DNA from: Chloroflexota bacterium
Lineage (GTDB): Bacteria > Vulcanimicrobiota > JAMCWD01
Length of the DNA stretch: 64,000 nucleotides
NCBI GenBank assembly: GCA_023475345.1
Contig: JAMCWD010000031.1
Location: 1,585 to 65,584 of the forward strand
Reading direction: 5' to 3'
The notes below the pieces were generated by a model. It was not told the origin of the DNA and did not search any database. It saw only the letters and a list, made by a program, of their open reading frames with translations. Below are positions 1 through 8,811 of this stretch, in pieces (within the stretch, counting starts at the first letter, position 1; each line of letters opens with the position of its first letter). The position numbers and the translations under genes were made by a program.

Positions 1-786
1 CGAAACCGTCAGGTTGAATTAAACGCCGTATTCGATAATTTACATGGGCAGTTTATGCCCGGCTATAAGCCAAGGTCGGTGATTTTTACCGACATCCCGT
101 TCAGCGAACCGGGGATCAAACCTGCAAAAGTAACGACTTACGGGATAGTATTTTCACAGGGGGCGATCTCTTATACCGGCATCCCGACCCACCTTGCGGT
201 TAACGGGGCCGGTTTCTTTATTTTAGGTGACGGAGCAAAGAAGCATTATACTAGAGACGGCAGGTTTTACTGGAAGGACTGCACCCTGATACACCAGACC
301 GGAATGAAATTAATGGGTTATCCCCTGGACGGTAACGGGAATATCACGGGCAGCTTAGGTGATATACGGATGGAGATGGACCCGGGGAGCAAGTTGTACC
401 GGGGGCGTTATACGAATTACAAGTTCGATGCATCCGGTAAATTATACGGGGAGACGAACTCGATAGATCCGCTTACCGGGCAGGTGGTATCTGTTTCGAC
501 TCCGCTCTACCAGGTAGCGCTGTCAGGGTTTACCAACCCCAACGGCCTGAAGATGAGAGGGGATACGGTTTATGAGGAGAGCGGGTTTTCGGGGTGTCCC
601 GTAACGGGTACGGCGGGCGGTGGTGCGCTTGGAGTTATAGTCCCTGCAAGCCTTGAGGTGTCAACGGTGGATTTTGCCCGGGAAGCTGCGGCGGTGGGGA
701 TGGCAAGGCAGGGTTATGATGCGGATTTCGCGAGCTTCAAGGTAATGGATGCCATGATAAAAAAGGCGATTAACCTTAACCCTTGA
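1..786 (+). CDS. Flagellar basal-body rod/hook family protein (FlgG/FlgF/FlgE-like), 5' end outside window
   Basis: Frame 1 is open from base 1, with no stop before the ATG at 55. The N-terminal piece DNLHGQFMPGYKP resembles the rod-protein N-motif (NNlANvnTpGyK). The C-terminus LEVSTVDFAREAAAVGMARQGYDADFASFKVMDAMIKKAINL matches the conserved flagellar hook/rod C-terminal helix. The gene lies directly upstream of fliM. Confidence 0.8.
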   Translation, partial: RNRQVELNAVFDNLHGQFMPGYKPRSVIFTDIPFSEPGIKPAKVTTYGIVFSQGAISYTGIPTHLAVNGAGFFILGDGAKKHYTRDGRFYWKDCTLIHQTGMKLMGYPLDGNGNITGSLGDIRMEMDPGSKLYRGRYTNYKFDASGKLYGETNSIDPLTGQVVSVSTPLYQVALSGFTNPNGLKMRGDTVYEESGFSGCPVTGTAGGGALGVIVPASLEVSTVDFAREAAAVGMARQGYDADFASFKVMDAMIKKAINLNP

Positions 787-789
787 TTT

Positions 790-818
790 TTGCTTATATA
801 AGAAAAAAATGGTATATT
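790..818 (+). promoter_or_regulatory. Candidate sigma-70-type promoter upstream of fliM
   Basis: TTGCTT (790-795), 17-nt spacer, TATATT (813-818), inside the 115-nt gap between the rod gene and fliM. Pattern match only. Confidence 0.3.
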
Positions 819-901
819 ACCTCCCCAACAGGCAGGGACGCGCTCACTGCCCAGAGAACTAAATACAGTTAAAAGATAAAATAAGGAGGGGAGGAACACC
901 C

Positions 902-1879
902 TTGCAAGGCGACAGCGGTATTCCCTTCGACAGGCTGGTAAAGGCCGCGGGGTCGGAAGTCGATAAGGCGCGTGTAACTCGTTACGACGCTTATGATTTC
1001 GTTCGTAAAGATAAATTTACGCAGGATCAGAGCAAGTTCCTGGAAAAGATTTTCAACAGGTTCGGTGAAAATATAGTTGCCCAGATAGCTCCGGTCTTAC
1101 AGGCGAAAGTCAGCATCCACCTCGTATCGGTCAAGCAGTCACGGTATCACCATTACCTGAATTCGTTATCGGACCCCATTACAATCCTTACGTTCAAGAT
1201 AAACCCCGAGGCCAGGGGGCTGATAGCCATAGATTACGGGCTTTCTTTCGGCCTTCTGGACAAGCTGATGGGCGGCCGCGGCAAGCCGCTTGCGGAGCTC
1301 CGGCCTTTCACTGATCTTGAAAAGCCTTTATTACAGCGGCTTTTGCTGAGGTTTATAGATGCGTACGCCGAATCGTGGAAAGAAGTTCTCGATTTGAAGC
1401 CCCAGTTCGGGGAGATCGAATTTTCGCCGCTTTCCGTCCAGACGGCGTCCCCCAGCGATACGATGGTTATAGCCAATTACCAGGTCAGCATGGCCGCAGC
1501 CCGGGGATTTATGGAGATGTGCATCCCGTTCAATTATTTGAAGGAGGCGGTGCCGAAGGCGAGTTTTGACGATTTCCTCCTTACGAGAAGCTCGACTACC
1601 ATTCAGCCCCAGTCCGTTGCGCCGTTTTTTGCAAAGAATATCGAGGCGGCGAAAGTCCCGATTTCTGTGGAACTGGGGATCGCCGAAGTATTTTTTCAGG
1701 ACATGCTTATGCTGGAACCCGGAGATTTTATCAGGCTGGATTCCGAGTATATTTCGCCCTTGAAAATCAAGGTCAACGAGCGTACAAAGTTCCTCGGACG
1801 CCCGGGAAGGAAAGACAGGAAGCTGGTGGTCCAGATAACCCGGGTGCTTACCGAGGACGACGATGAATACGAAGATTAA
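902..1879 (+). CDS. fliM: Flagellar motor switch protein FliM
   Basis: 325-aa ORF with a TTG start. Middle-domain motif GLIAIDYGLSFGLLDKLMGGRG and a C-terminal SpoA/FliN-like segment (PISVELGIAEVFFQDMLMLEPGDFIRLD). Followed by fliN-fliO-fliP-fliQ-fliR. Confidence 0.9.
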   Translation: MQGDSGIPFDRLVKAAGSEVDKARVTRYDAYDFVRKDKFTQDQSKFLEKIFNRFGENIVAQIAPVLQAKVSIHLVSVKQSRYHHYLNSLSDPITILTFKINPEARGLIAIDYGLSFGLLDKLMGGRGKPLAELRPFTDLEKPLLQRLLLRFIDAYAESWKEVLDLKPQFGEIEFSPLSVQTASPSDTMVIANYQVSMAAARGFMEMCIPFNYLKEAVPKASFDDFLLTRSSTTIQPQSVAPFFAKNIEAAKVPISVELGIAEVFFQDMLMLEPGDFIRLDSEYISPLKIKVNERTKFLGRPGRKDRKLVVQITRVLTEDDDEYED

Positions 1880-1892
1880 GAGGAGATAAGTA

Positions 1893-2219
1893 ATGAAGGG
1901 AGATAACATGAACGAGCCCGAAGTCCCGAAAGTCCGCTCCGTCCAGTTCGGGGAATTGAGCGAGGAATCCGAGTCCAAGACCCCGCAGAGCATCGAGCTT
2001 CTTAAAGATGTCCCGCTTACTGTCCAGGCGGAACTGGGCAGAACAAAGATGCTGGTACGGGAGATTTTGAAGCTGGGTGTAGGATCACTTATACCACTGG
2101 ATAAAGAAGCCGGCGAACCGGCCGATATCCTGGTCAACAGCAAGCTTATCGCCAAGGGAGAAGTAGTAGAGATTGAAGGCAATTTCGGGGTCAGGATCAT
2201 AGAGATAGTTAACAGGTGA
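1893..2219 (+). CDS. fliN: Flagellar motor switch protein FliN (short form, no CheC-like FliY extension)
   Basis: 108 aa. SpoA domain LTVQAELGRTKMLVREILKLGVGSLIPLDKEAGEPADILVNSKLIAKGEVVEIEGNFGVRIIEI. RBS AAGAGGAG lies upstream. Confidence 0.9.
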   Translation: MKGDNMNEPEVPKVRSVQFGELSEESESKTPQSIELLKDVPLTVQAELGRTKMLVREILKLGVGSLIPLDKEAGEPADILVNSKLIAKGEVVEIEGNFGVRIIEIVNR

Positions 2220-2235
2220 TGAAAGGCTGAGGTTG

Positions 2236-2925
2236 ATGAGGATAGCTCCTAAAGCCGTGCTTGTCATGGCGGTGCTCGCGATGATTTTCCTGTCATTGTC
2301 ATGCGGTCCTGTATTTTGTGTAGAAGGCGCCCCGCCGAACAAGGTTTCCCCGACTCCTTCCAAAACGGCTCCCGGAAGCGCTGCGGCCCCTTCAAAGAAA
2401 GCCGCGGTCGGCGAAGCCGGTGGAGCCGCCGCCGGCACTTCTTCCGCCCCGGTATCCGCAGGCGCGGTTACGGGTGAAAAGGCGCCGCCTGCCGGAAACA
2501 CGGATGAAGAAAGGCTGGACGAGATTGAGCCGGTCGGAGGAACTTCCAATTTCATGGGTGTCCTGGGCAAGGCAGCTTTCGGGCTGGTTATAGTATGCGT
2601 CTTCGCCCTGCTTGTGCTCTACTTTTTTTACGGGAAAAGAAGTCACGGCATTGGGCCCGTCGGGAAAAACAGGTCGATAAGGTTACTGGAAAAACTCGAT
2701 ATGCCGCCCAATAAATCGTTGTACCTGGTTGAAGTGCTCGGCAGATACCTTCTCCTCGGCGTTACGGAAAAGGACATTACAGTGCTGGAGGAGATCCCTC
2801 CGGAATCCGTTCCGGAAGAGGTAAAAGAAAAAATAGTGGCGCCCGGGGTACAGGCGCCGGCTATGAACTTGCAGTCTTTCCTGGCCAATTTCAGGGAAAT
2901 GCGCTGGCCTTCGAAACAAAAGTAA
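2236..2925 (+). CDS. fliO: FliO/FliZ-like flagellar biosynthesis protein with a long Ala/Pro/Gly/Ser-rich insert
   Basis: Sits between fliN and fliP. N-terminal signal/TM segment, a second TM (FGLVIVCVFALLVLYFF), then a FliO-like core IRLLEKLDMPPNKSLYLVEVLGRYLLLGVTEKDITVLEEI. Start is ATG 2236 or TTG 2233. Confidence 0.6.
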   Translation: MRIAPKAVLVMAVLAMIFLSLSCGPVFCVEGAPPNKVSPTPSKTAPGSAAAPSKKAAVGEAGGAAAGTSSAPVSAGAVTGEKAPPAGNTDEERLDEIEPVGGTSNFMGVLGKAAFGLVIVCVFALLVLYFFYGKRSHGIGPVGKNRSIRLLEKLDMPPNKSLYLVEVLGRYLLLGVTEKDITVLEEIPPESVPEEVKEKIVAPGVQAPAMNLQSFLANFREMRWPSKQK

Positions 2926-2934
2926 AATCCCTGC

Positions 2935-3735
2935 ATGGAGGGTGATGACGACATGGTAAAAATGGATAAAAAATTTATAGGGGCGACAGGGATCCTCCTG
3001 TTGATGCTGGTCGGGGCTGCTTCGGTGCCCGCAGTTGCGCAGAACGCGCCTGAAATCGTTCTTCCCAAGATACAGATAGGCGAGGAGATGGCGCAGGGGC
3101 CTCAAAACATGTCGGTAATGCTTCAGCTCCTGATGCTGCTCACGGTTCTCTCCCTTTCGCCTTATATACTGGTCATGGCGACGTCGTTCATAAGGATAAC
3201 CATCGTGCTTTCATTTATAAGGACGGCGCTGGGAACGCAGCAGGTGCCTCCCACGCAGGTATTGATGGGGCTTGCGCTTTTCATGACGCTTTACGTGATG
3301 ATGCCGGTAGGACAGGATATTAATAAAAACGCCCTCCAGCCTTATTTCGCAGGGAAGATATCACAACAGCAATTCTTCCAGAAGGTTGTTCCGCCTATAA
3401 GAGATTTCATGCTCAAGCAGACAAGAACCAAAGACCTCAAGCTGTTTCTTAAAATGGCAAAAATAAGCGATGTCCAGACAAAAAAAGACGTGCCGATTTA
3501 CGTGCTCCTCCCTGCTTTCGTGGTGAGCGAGGTTACGACAGCTTTCCAGATAGGCTTCGTATTATATCTGCCGTTCCTTATCATAGACATGGTGGTGGCA
3601 AGCGTCCTTATGTCCATGGGTATGTTCATGCTTTCCCCCATGTCAATTTCATTACCGTTCAAGCTGCTCTTGTTCGTGATGATTGACGGGTGGGACCTGG
3701 TGGTGGACGGTCTTGTCAAGAGCTTCAGGATGTGA
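2935..3735 (+). CDS. fliP: Flagellar export apparatus protein FliP
   Basis: Signal peptide followed by the canonical FliP core MLQLLMLLTVLSLSPYILVMATSFIRITIVLSFIRTALGTQQVPP and FLPFLIIDMVVASVLMSMGM. Confidence 0.95.
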   Translation: MEGDDDMVKMDKKFIGATGILLLMLVGAASVPAVAQNAPEIVLPKIQIGEEMAQGPQNMSVMLQLLMLLTVLSLSPYILVMATSFIRITIVLSFIRTALGTQQVPPTQVLMGLALFMTLYVMMPVGQDINKNALQPYFAGKISQQQFFQKVVPPIRDFMLKQTRTKDLKLFLKMAKISDVQTKKDVPIYVLLPAFVVSEVTTAFQIGFVLYLPFLIIDMVVASVLMSMGMFMLSPMSISLPFKLLLFVMIDGWDLVVDGLVKSFRM

Positions 3736-3766
3736 CCGCAAAGCTGATTGAAGAGGTGTTGCTTAT

Positions 3767-4042
3767 ATGACTGAAGAGTACATACTGTATGTGTGCGGGC
3801 AGGCGCTTTACCTGATCATGATCCTGTCGGCTCCCATGCTGGTATCGGCCCTGGTAGTAGGCCTTACTATCAGCATTCTGCAGGCGACGACCCAGGTACA
3901 GGAGCAGACCCTTTCGTTCGTGCCGAAGATTGTCGCTACTTTTGTCGCAGTGCTTGTCGCCGGTTCTTGGATTGCACAGATGCTCGGTAATTTCGCGCTT
4001 GAAATATTCAAATCGATCCCTACCATAGCCCAGCCGAAATAA
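3767..4042 (+). CDS. fliQ: Flagellar export apparatus protein FliQ
   Basis: 91 aa with two TM helices. SAPMLVSALVVGLTISILQATTQVQEQTLSFVPKI. Located between fliP and fliR. Confidence 0.9.
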   Translation: MTEEYILYVCGQALYLIMILSAPMLVSALVVGLTISILQATTQVQEQTLSFVPKIVATFVAVLVAGSWIAQMLGNFALEIFKSIPTIAQPK

Positions 4043-4055
4043 CAAAGGAGGATAA

Positions 4056-4835
4056 ATGGATACCAGCCTGGTCCTGTTCGCGATGTTCCTGCTGGTGTTC
4101 ACTCGCATGGTGACCATCTTCGTCCAGGCGCCTGTCTGGGGCAGTCATCACATGCCCACACAGATACTGGTGGGGATGGCCGCTCTCATTTCTTTCATAA
4201 TATTCCCGCAGCTTCAGATTCCGCAGGAATTATATCACGTAACGCTGCCGGGCCTGGGTCTGATGGTGATGGGGCAGGCATTGATCGGCCTGGTTATAGG
4301 GTTCGTTTCTTTTATAGTGCTTGGGGGTGCCCAGTTTGCAGGCGAACTGCTGGATATCCAGATGGGCCTTTCGGTGGCTGCGGCTTTCGATCCCGCGAGC
4401 CACGGCGCGGTAAACCTTATCCGCCGCTTTAAGTTTTACTTTACAATGATAATTTATCTTATCATCGGCGGGCACAGGCAGTTGATTTACATAATGGGGA
4501 GGAGCTTCGACCTTATCCCGCTTACCAACCTGAATTTTCCGGGGGGCCTTATCGAGTTTTGTATCCACCTGGTAGGAGCGCTTTTCTACATGGCCATCCA
4601 GATAGCTGCCCCTGTGCTTGCAGCATTATTTATCGTCCAGGTGGCTCTGGGGCTGCTTTCCAGGGTTGCTCCCCAGATGAACGTTTTCATGCTTTCGTTT
4701 CCTCTCAATATCGCGATAGGGGTACTGCTGCTGATGGTGAGCCTGCCGATTTTCGTGTATGCGCTTCACGGTCTTATCGAGCAGAATTACCAGGATCTCA
4801 TAAAAGCGATACAGTTTATGTCGCCGGGGAGGTGA
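4056..4835 (+). CDS. fliR: Flagellar export apparatus protein FliR
   Basis: 259-aa polytopic membrane protein. FAGELLDIQMGLSVAAAFDP motif. Located between fliQ and flhB. Confidence 0.9.
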   Translation: MDTSLVLFAMFLLVFTRMVTIFVQAPVWGSHHMPTQILVGMAALISFIIFPQLQIPQELYHVTLPGLGLMVMGQALIGLVIGFVSFIVLGGAQFAGELLDIQMGLSVAAAFDPASHGAVNLIRRFKFYFTMIIYLIIGGHRQLIYIMGRSFDLIPLTNLNFPGGLIEFCIHLVGALFYMAIQIAAPVLAALFIVQVALGLLSRVAPQMNVFMLSFPLNIAIGVLLLMVSLPIFVYALHGLIEQNYQDLIKAIQFMSPGR

Positions 4836-4840
4836 GATAG

Positions 4841-5983
4841 TTGTCCCAGTCTGATAGCGACAAAACTGAAGACCCAACTGATCACAAGTTACAGGAAGGC
4901 AGAAAAAAAGGACAGGTATTCAAAAGCCAGGAAATTATTCAGACCCTGGTACTCCTGGGAACTGCTTCTGTTCTCGGTTTCCTGGGAAGCTGGATGATCA
5001 CCAACCTGTCGGATTTCATAAAAGAATTATGGAATCTGATCCCGGAAGTAGGTTCGGGTTTTTGGACAGAGGCCAACATCGTAGAATTGATGATCCGGGT
5101 ATGGGTATTATTCATGAAAATACTGGCTCCCATTCTCGCCGTGGGATTTTTAGTGGCGCTGGTGGCCAACCTTGCCCAGGTCAAATTCCTTTTCAGCGCC
5201 GAACCGCTCAAGCCCACATTTCAAAAAATCAGCCCCGTAGAAGGCTTCAAAAAGATTTTTTCGGCCAGAAGCCTTATGGAGCTTTTAAAACAACTGGCGA
5301 AATTATTCATCGTGGGCTATATATGCTTCAGGGTCGTCAAGGGCGAAATAACAAATTTCAAGATGGCCATAATCTGGGACCTGCCTACGAGCCTGCATAT
5401 GTTGAGGACGCTGGTGGTCAGGATTGTAGAGTACGTGCTCCTTGCGATGACCGGGATAGCGATAATAGATTATATTTTCCAGAGATGGCAGTTCATGAAA
5501 CAGATGCGGATGTCCATACAGGAATTAAAAGACGAATATAAGGAAACCGAAGGCAATCCCCAGGTGAAAGCCAAGATCCGACAATTAATGCGCCAGGGGG
5601 TCAACAGCCGGATGATGCAGGACGTGCCGGACGCTACGGCGGTGGTTACCAACCCGACTCATATAGCCGTGGCGTTGAGGTACAAGCAGGGCGAAGACGC
5701 CGCGCCGATGGTCGTTGCAAAGGGGGAGCGCCTTATCGCCCTCCAGATAAAGTCCATAGCCGAAGATAACGAGGTGCCGATAATTGAAAACGTCACCCTT
5801 GCAAAGACTTTATTTTCATCCTGCGAAATAGGACAGCCTATCCCCCCTGATATGTACAAGGCGGTGGCTGAAGTCCTCGCTTATATTTTCAAGTTGAAAC
5901 GCAAAAAGGAACAGATGCGCCGGAGGAGATACAGGATGACGTCCAGGCAGAAAAGGCAGCAGCCAGGGGCGCAGGGAGCTTAG
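4841..5983 (+). CDS. flhB: Flagellar export switch protein FlhB
   Basis: TTG start. N-terminus DKTEDPTDHKLQEGRKKGQVFKSQE, four TM helices, and the NPTH autocleavage site (VVTNPTHIAVALRY). Basic C-terminal tail. Confidence 0.95.
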   Translation: MSQSDSDKTEDPTDHKLQEGRKKGQVFKSQEIIQTLVLLGTASVLGFLGSWMITNLSDFIKELWNLIPEVGSGFWTEANIVELMIRVWVLFMKILAPILAVGFLVALVANLAQVKFLFSAEPLKPTFQKISPVEGFKKIFSARSLMELLKQLAKLFIVGYICFRVVKGEITNFKMAIIWDLPTSLHMLRTLVVRIVEYVLLAMTGIAIIDYIFQRWQFMKQMRMSIQELKDEYKETEGNPQVKAKIRQLMRQGVNSRMMQDVPDATAVVTNPTHIAVALRYKQGEDAAPMVVAKGERLIALQIKSIAEDNEVPIIENVTLAKTLFSSCEIGQPIPPDMYKAVAEVLAYIFKLKRKKEQMRRRRYRMTSRQKRQQPGAQGA

Positions 5984-6053
5984 AAAGTAATGACGGAAGC
6001 CGATGAAACATGATATACTTAGCCGGTAATCTTATTTCAGGAGTGAGAAATAT

Positions 6054-8219
6054 ATGTCATTAGGAATGCCGGGCGGCGGTTCAGGCTCACCGTTCGGGAA
6101 TATAGTTAAATATACAGACCTTGTAATAGCAGGCGTGGTTATAGGCATAGTGGGCATGCTTATCATCCCCCTGCCTCCCCATGTCCTGGATATTCTGCTC
6201 AGCCTCAATATCGCAGCGAGCGTAATAACGATCCTGATCTCCATATACATCAAGAACCCGCTCGAGTTCGCGGTATTCCCGCCGGTACTGCTTGTCGCCA
6301 CGCTTTTCCGGCTGGCGCTGGACGTGTCGGCTACCAGGATGATATTGCTCAACGGGCATATCAAAAGCTGGGACGGCAAACCCGTAGGCGCAGGCGAGGT
6401 CATACCGGCCTTCGGACAGGTGGTCGTCGGGGGGAACCTCGTGGTCGGGTTTATTATATTCATAATACTTATCATCATCCAGTTCATGGTAATCACGAGC
6501 GGTGCCGAGCGTATCGCGCAGGTGGCGGCGCGGTTCACCCTGGACGCGATGCCCGGCAAGCAGATGGCCATCGACGCCGATCTTCATTCGGGCCTTATAG
6601 ATGCAGAATCCGCAAAGATGAGACGTACGGAAATCGAAAGAGAAGCGGATTTTTACGGTGCTATGGACGGCGCCGGCAAGTTCGTCAAGGGCGATGCCAT
6701 GGCCGCCGTCGTTATCATGATCGTAAACGTCATAGGCGGCCTGATCATAGGCATCGTCATGCACCACATGAGCGTCGGGGATGCGCTGAACACTTATGCT
6801 ATTCTCAGCATCGGGAACGGCCTGGTTACGACGCTGCCCGCGTTCTTGATGTCAACTTCGATGGGTATGGTGGTTTCAAGGGCCGCATCTGAAGCCAACC
6901 TCGGAACGGACCTGGTCAGGCAGATAACGGCACAGCCCAGGGCGCTGAAATATGCCGCCATCTTTCTTGCAATACTTGCCGGCCTGGGAATAATCGGGCT
7001 TTTCCCCCTCCCGTGGGTTTCTTTCGCAGTCATGGCGATAATATTTTACGTGGGAGGCCTTCTCCTCGAACGGCAGCAGAAGGAGATGGATGTCCAGGTA
7101 CAGGAAGTCGCAGAACAACAGGAAAAAGAGACCCGCAAAAAACCCGAAAGTGTCGTCCAGATCATGCAGGTTGATCCCATCAGCCTGGAAGTAGGACGCG
7201 GTCTCCTGTCGCTCGTTGACCCCAACCAGGGCGCAAAACTGCTCGAACGCGTTACTTCCATAAGGAGACATATTGCGCTTGAAATGGGCATCGTGGTGCC
7301 CGGCGTCCGCTTCAGGGACAACCTCCAGTTGAAACCCAACGCATATGTCATAAAAATTAAGGAAATAGAAGTTGCTACGGGCGACGTCATGGTCAACCAG
7401 TTCCTCGCCATCGGCCCCGAAGAAAAGCTGAAAAATCTCCGCGGCACTCATACCGTTGACCCCACTTACGGCATGCCCGGCGTCTGGATTGCTCCCGAAA
7501 ACCGGGGCGAAGCCGAAAGACAGGGTTGTATGATTTTTGATCCTGTAAGCGTTATTGCAACACAACTCACGGAAGTCATCCGCTCTCACGGGGCGGATCT
7601 GCTGGGCCGCCAGGAAGTGCAGGCACTTATCGATACGGTCAAGAAGACTCACCCCGCGGTCGTCAAGGAGCTTATCCCGGACCAGCTTGCGCTGGGCGAA
7701 GTCCAGAAGGTGCTCCAGAACCTCGTCCGGGAAAGGGTTTCCGTCCGCGACCTGGTTACCATACTGGAAACCATCGCCGATAACGTTACGGTTACCAAGG
7801 ACACCGAGATACTCACCGAGTGTGTGCGTGTGGCGCTTTCGAGGGTTATCTGTAAAGAATACATGAATAACGAGGGTGTTATAAATGTAATAACGCTTGA
7901 TCCTGAAATTGAGCAGATTATCCGGATGGCCATCCAGCGCACAGAGATGGGGACATTCCTGGCTCTGGATCCCAACATAGGCCAGCAGATACTTACGGCG
8001 ACCGGCAGGGAAGTCGCCAAGCTTCAGGAAAAAGGTCTCCAGCCGATCCTGCTTTGTTCGCCGGAGATCCGTCCTTCAGTAAGGAAACTTACGGACCGCA
8101 GCTTCCCCAACCTTGTCGTGCTTTCGTGGAATGAGATAGCCCCCAGGGTCAATGTGAATTCGGTCGGCATGGTATCACTCGGGGGAGGCGGCATGAGCGC
8201 CCCTCAGATGCCGAGATAA
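6054..8219 (+). CDS. flhA: Flagellar export gate protein FlhA
   Basis: 721 aa. N-terminal membrane domain (FPPVLLVATLFRLALDVSATRMIL, GKFVKGDAMAAV) and a large cytoplasmic C-terminal domain. Follows flhB. Confidence 0.95.
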   Translation: MSLGMPGGGSGSPFGNIVKYTDLVIAGVVIGIVGMLIIPLPPHVLDILLSLNIAASVITILISIYIKNPLEFAVFPPVLLVATLFRLALDVSATRMILLNGHIKSWDGKPVGAGEVIPAFGQVVVGGNLVVGFIIFIILIIIQFMVITSGAERIAQVAARFTLDAMPGKQMAIDADLHSGLIDAESAKMRRTEIEREADFYGAMDGAGKFVKGDAMAAVVIMIVNVIGGLIIGIVMHHMSVGDALNTYAILSIGNGLVTTLPAFLMSTSMGMVVSRAASEANLGTDLVRQITAQPRALKYAAIFLAILAGLGIIGLFPLPWVSFAVMAIIFYVGGLLLERQQKEMDVQVQEVAEQQEKETRKKPESVVQIMQVDPISLEVGRGLLSLVDPNQGAKLLERVTSIRRHIALEMGIVVPGVRFRDNLQLKPNAYVIKIKEIEVATGDVMVNQFLAIGPEEKLKNLRGTHTVDPTYGMPGVWIAPENRGEAERQGCMIFDPVSVIATQLTEVIRSHGADLLGRQEVQALIDTVKKTHPAVVKELIPDQLALGEVQKVLQNLVRERVSVRDLVTILETIADNVTVTKDTEILTECVRVALSRVICKEYMNNEGVINVITLDPEIEQIIRMAIQRTEMGTFLALDPNIGQQILTATGREVAKLQEKGLQPILLCSPEIRPSVRKLTDRSFPNLVVLSWNEIAPRVNVNSVGMVSLGGGGMSAPQMPR

Positions 8220-8276
8220 TAAGGCTCTTTTAAATTGAAATTTTAACGGAGAGAACCGGGCTTCAGGAGGTCGGAG

Positions 8277-8645
8277 GTGGAGATGGAATTCGGACTTGAC
8301 CCGCGGGAAATGATTGAAATATATAACCAGGCATATACGGAAATATGGGAAGAATGCCGTGAAAAAGTTGACTGGGATGCCGCCAATATAGACGTTACTA
8401 TCCAGGGCGGAGAAGAGATAAATATATCCCGGTTCGTACTCCAGCTACTCGAAGCCGTTATGACGTCGGCCCGCGACGCAATGATAATCACGCTCCTGGA
8501 GAATAACCGCAGGATACGCTGTGAGATGGAAGAATCGGGCGCATTTATGAACGGCAGAGAAACCGGCGCGGACGAAGTTATCGAAGAGGAATATTCTCCC
8601 GTATCCGAAATGGATGCCATGCCCGAAATCGAACAGGAAGCATAA
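8277..8645 (+). CDS. Small acidic hypothetical protein, last gene of the flagellar transcription unit
   Basis: 122-aa ORF starting at GTG 8277 or ATG 8283, preceded by CAGGAGG. Very acidic C-terminus and no recognisable motif. Sits where flhF/flhG normally follow flhA. Confidence 0.5.
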   Translation: MEMEFGLDPREMIEIYNQAYTEIWEECREKVDWDAANIDVTIQGGEEINISRFVLQLLEAVMTSARDAMIITLLENNRRIRCEMEESGAFMNGRETGADEVIEEEYSPVSEMDAMPEIEQEA

Positions 8646-8729
8646 ATCTTTCATCAGGCTGGAGGTGCGGAATGAGAATAAATTCCGTTTATTGCGGGAA
8701 TTTTTCCTGCGCGATAAACTCCTTCACTT

Positions 8730-8758
8730 CCCCCTTTCATTAAGGGGGCTTCATTTTG
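8730..8758 (+). terminator. Rho-independent terminator candidate for the flagellar operon
   Basis: 7-bp stem CCCCCTT/AAGGGGG (8730-8736 and 8742-8748) with a 5-nt loop, followed by CTTCATTTTGT. Confidence 0.55.
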
Positions 8759-8811
8759 TCCTCCGTGATTTCGATCAGCCTGCCGGGTTTGGTCTTTTAT
8801 GAGGCTGAGTA

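Noticed and set aside
1331-2200. 289-aa minus-strand ORF overlapping fliM and fliN
   Set aside because: It lies antisense to two genes with unmistakable FliM and FliN motifs. Its product is Ser/Pro/Arg-rich with no recognisable features, so it is a shadow ORF.
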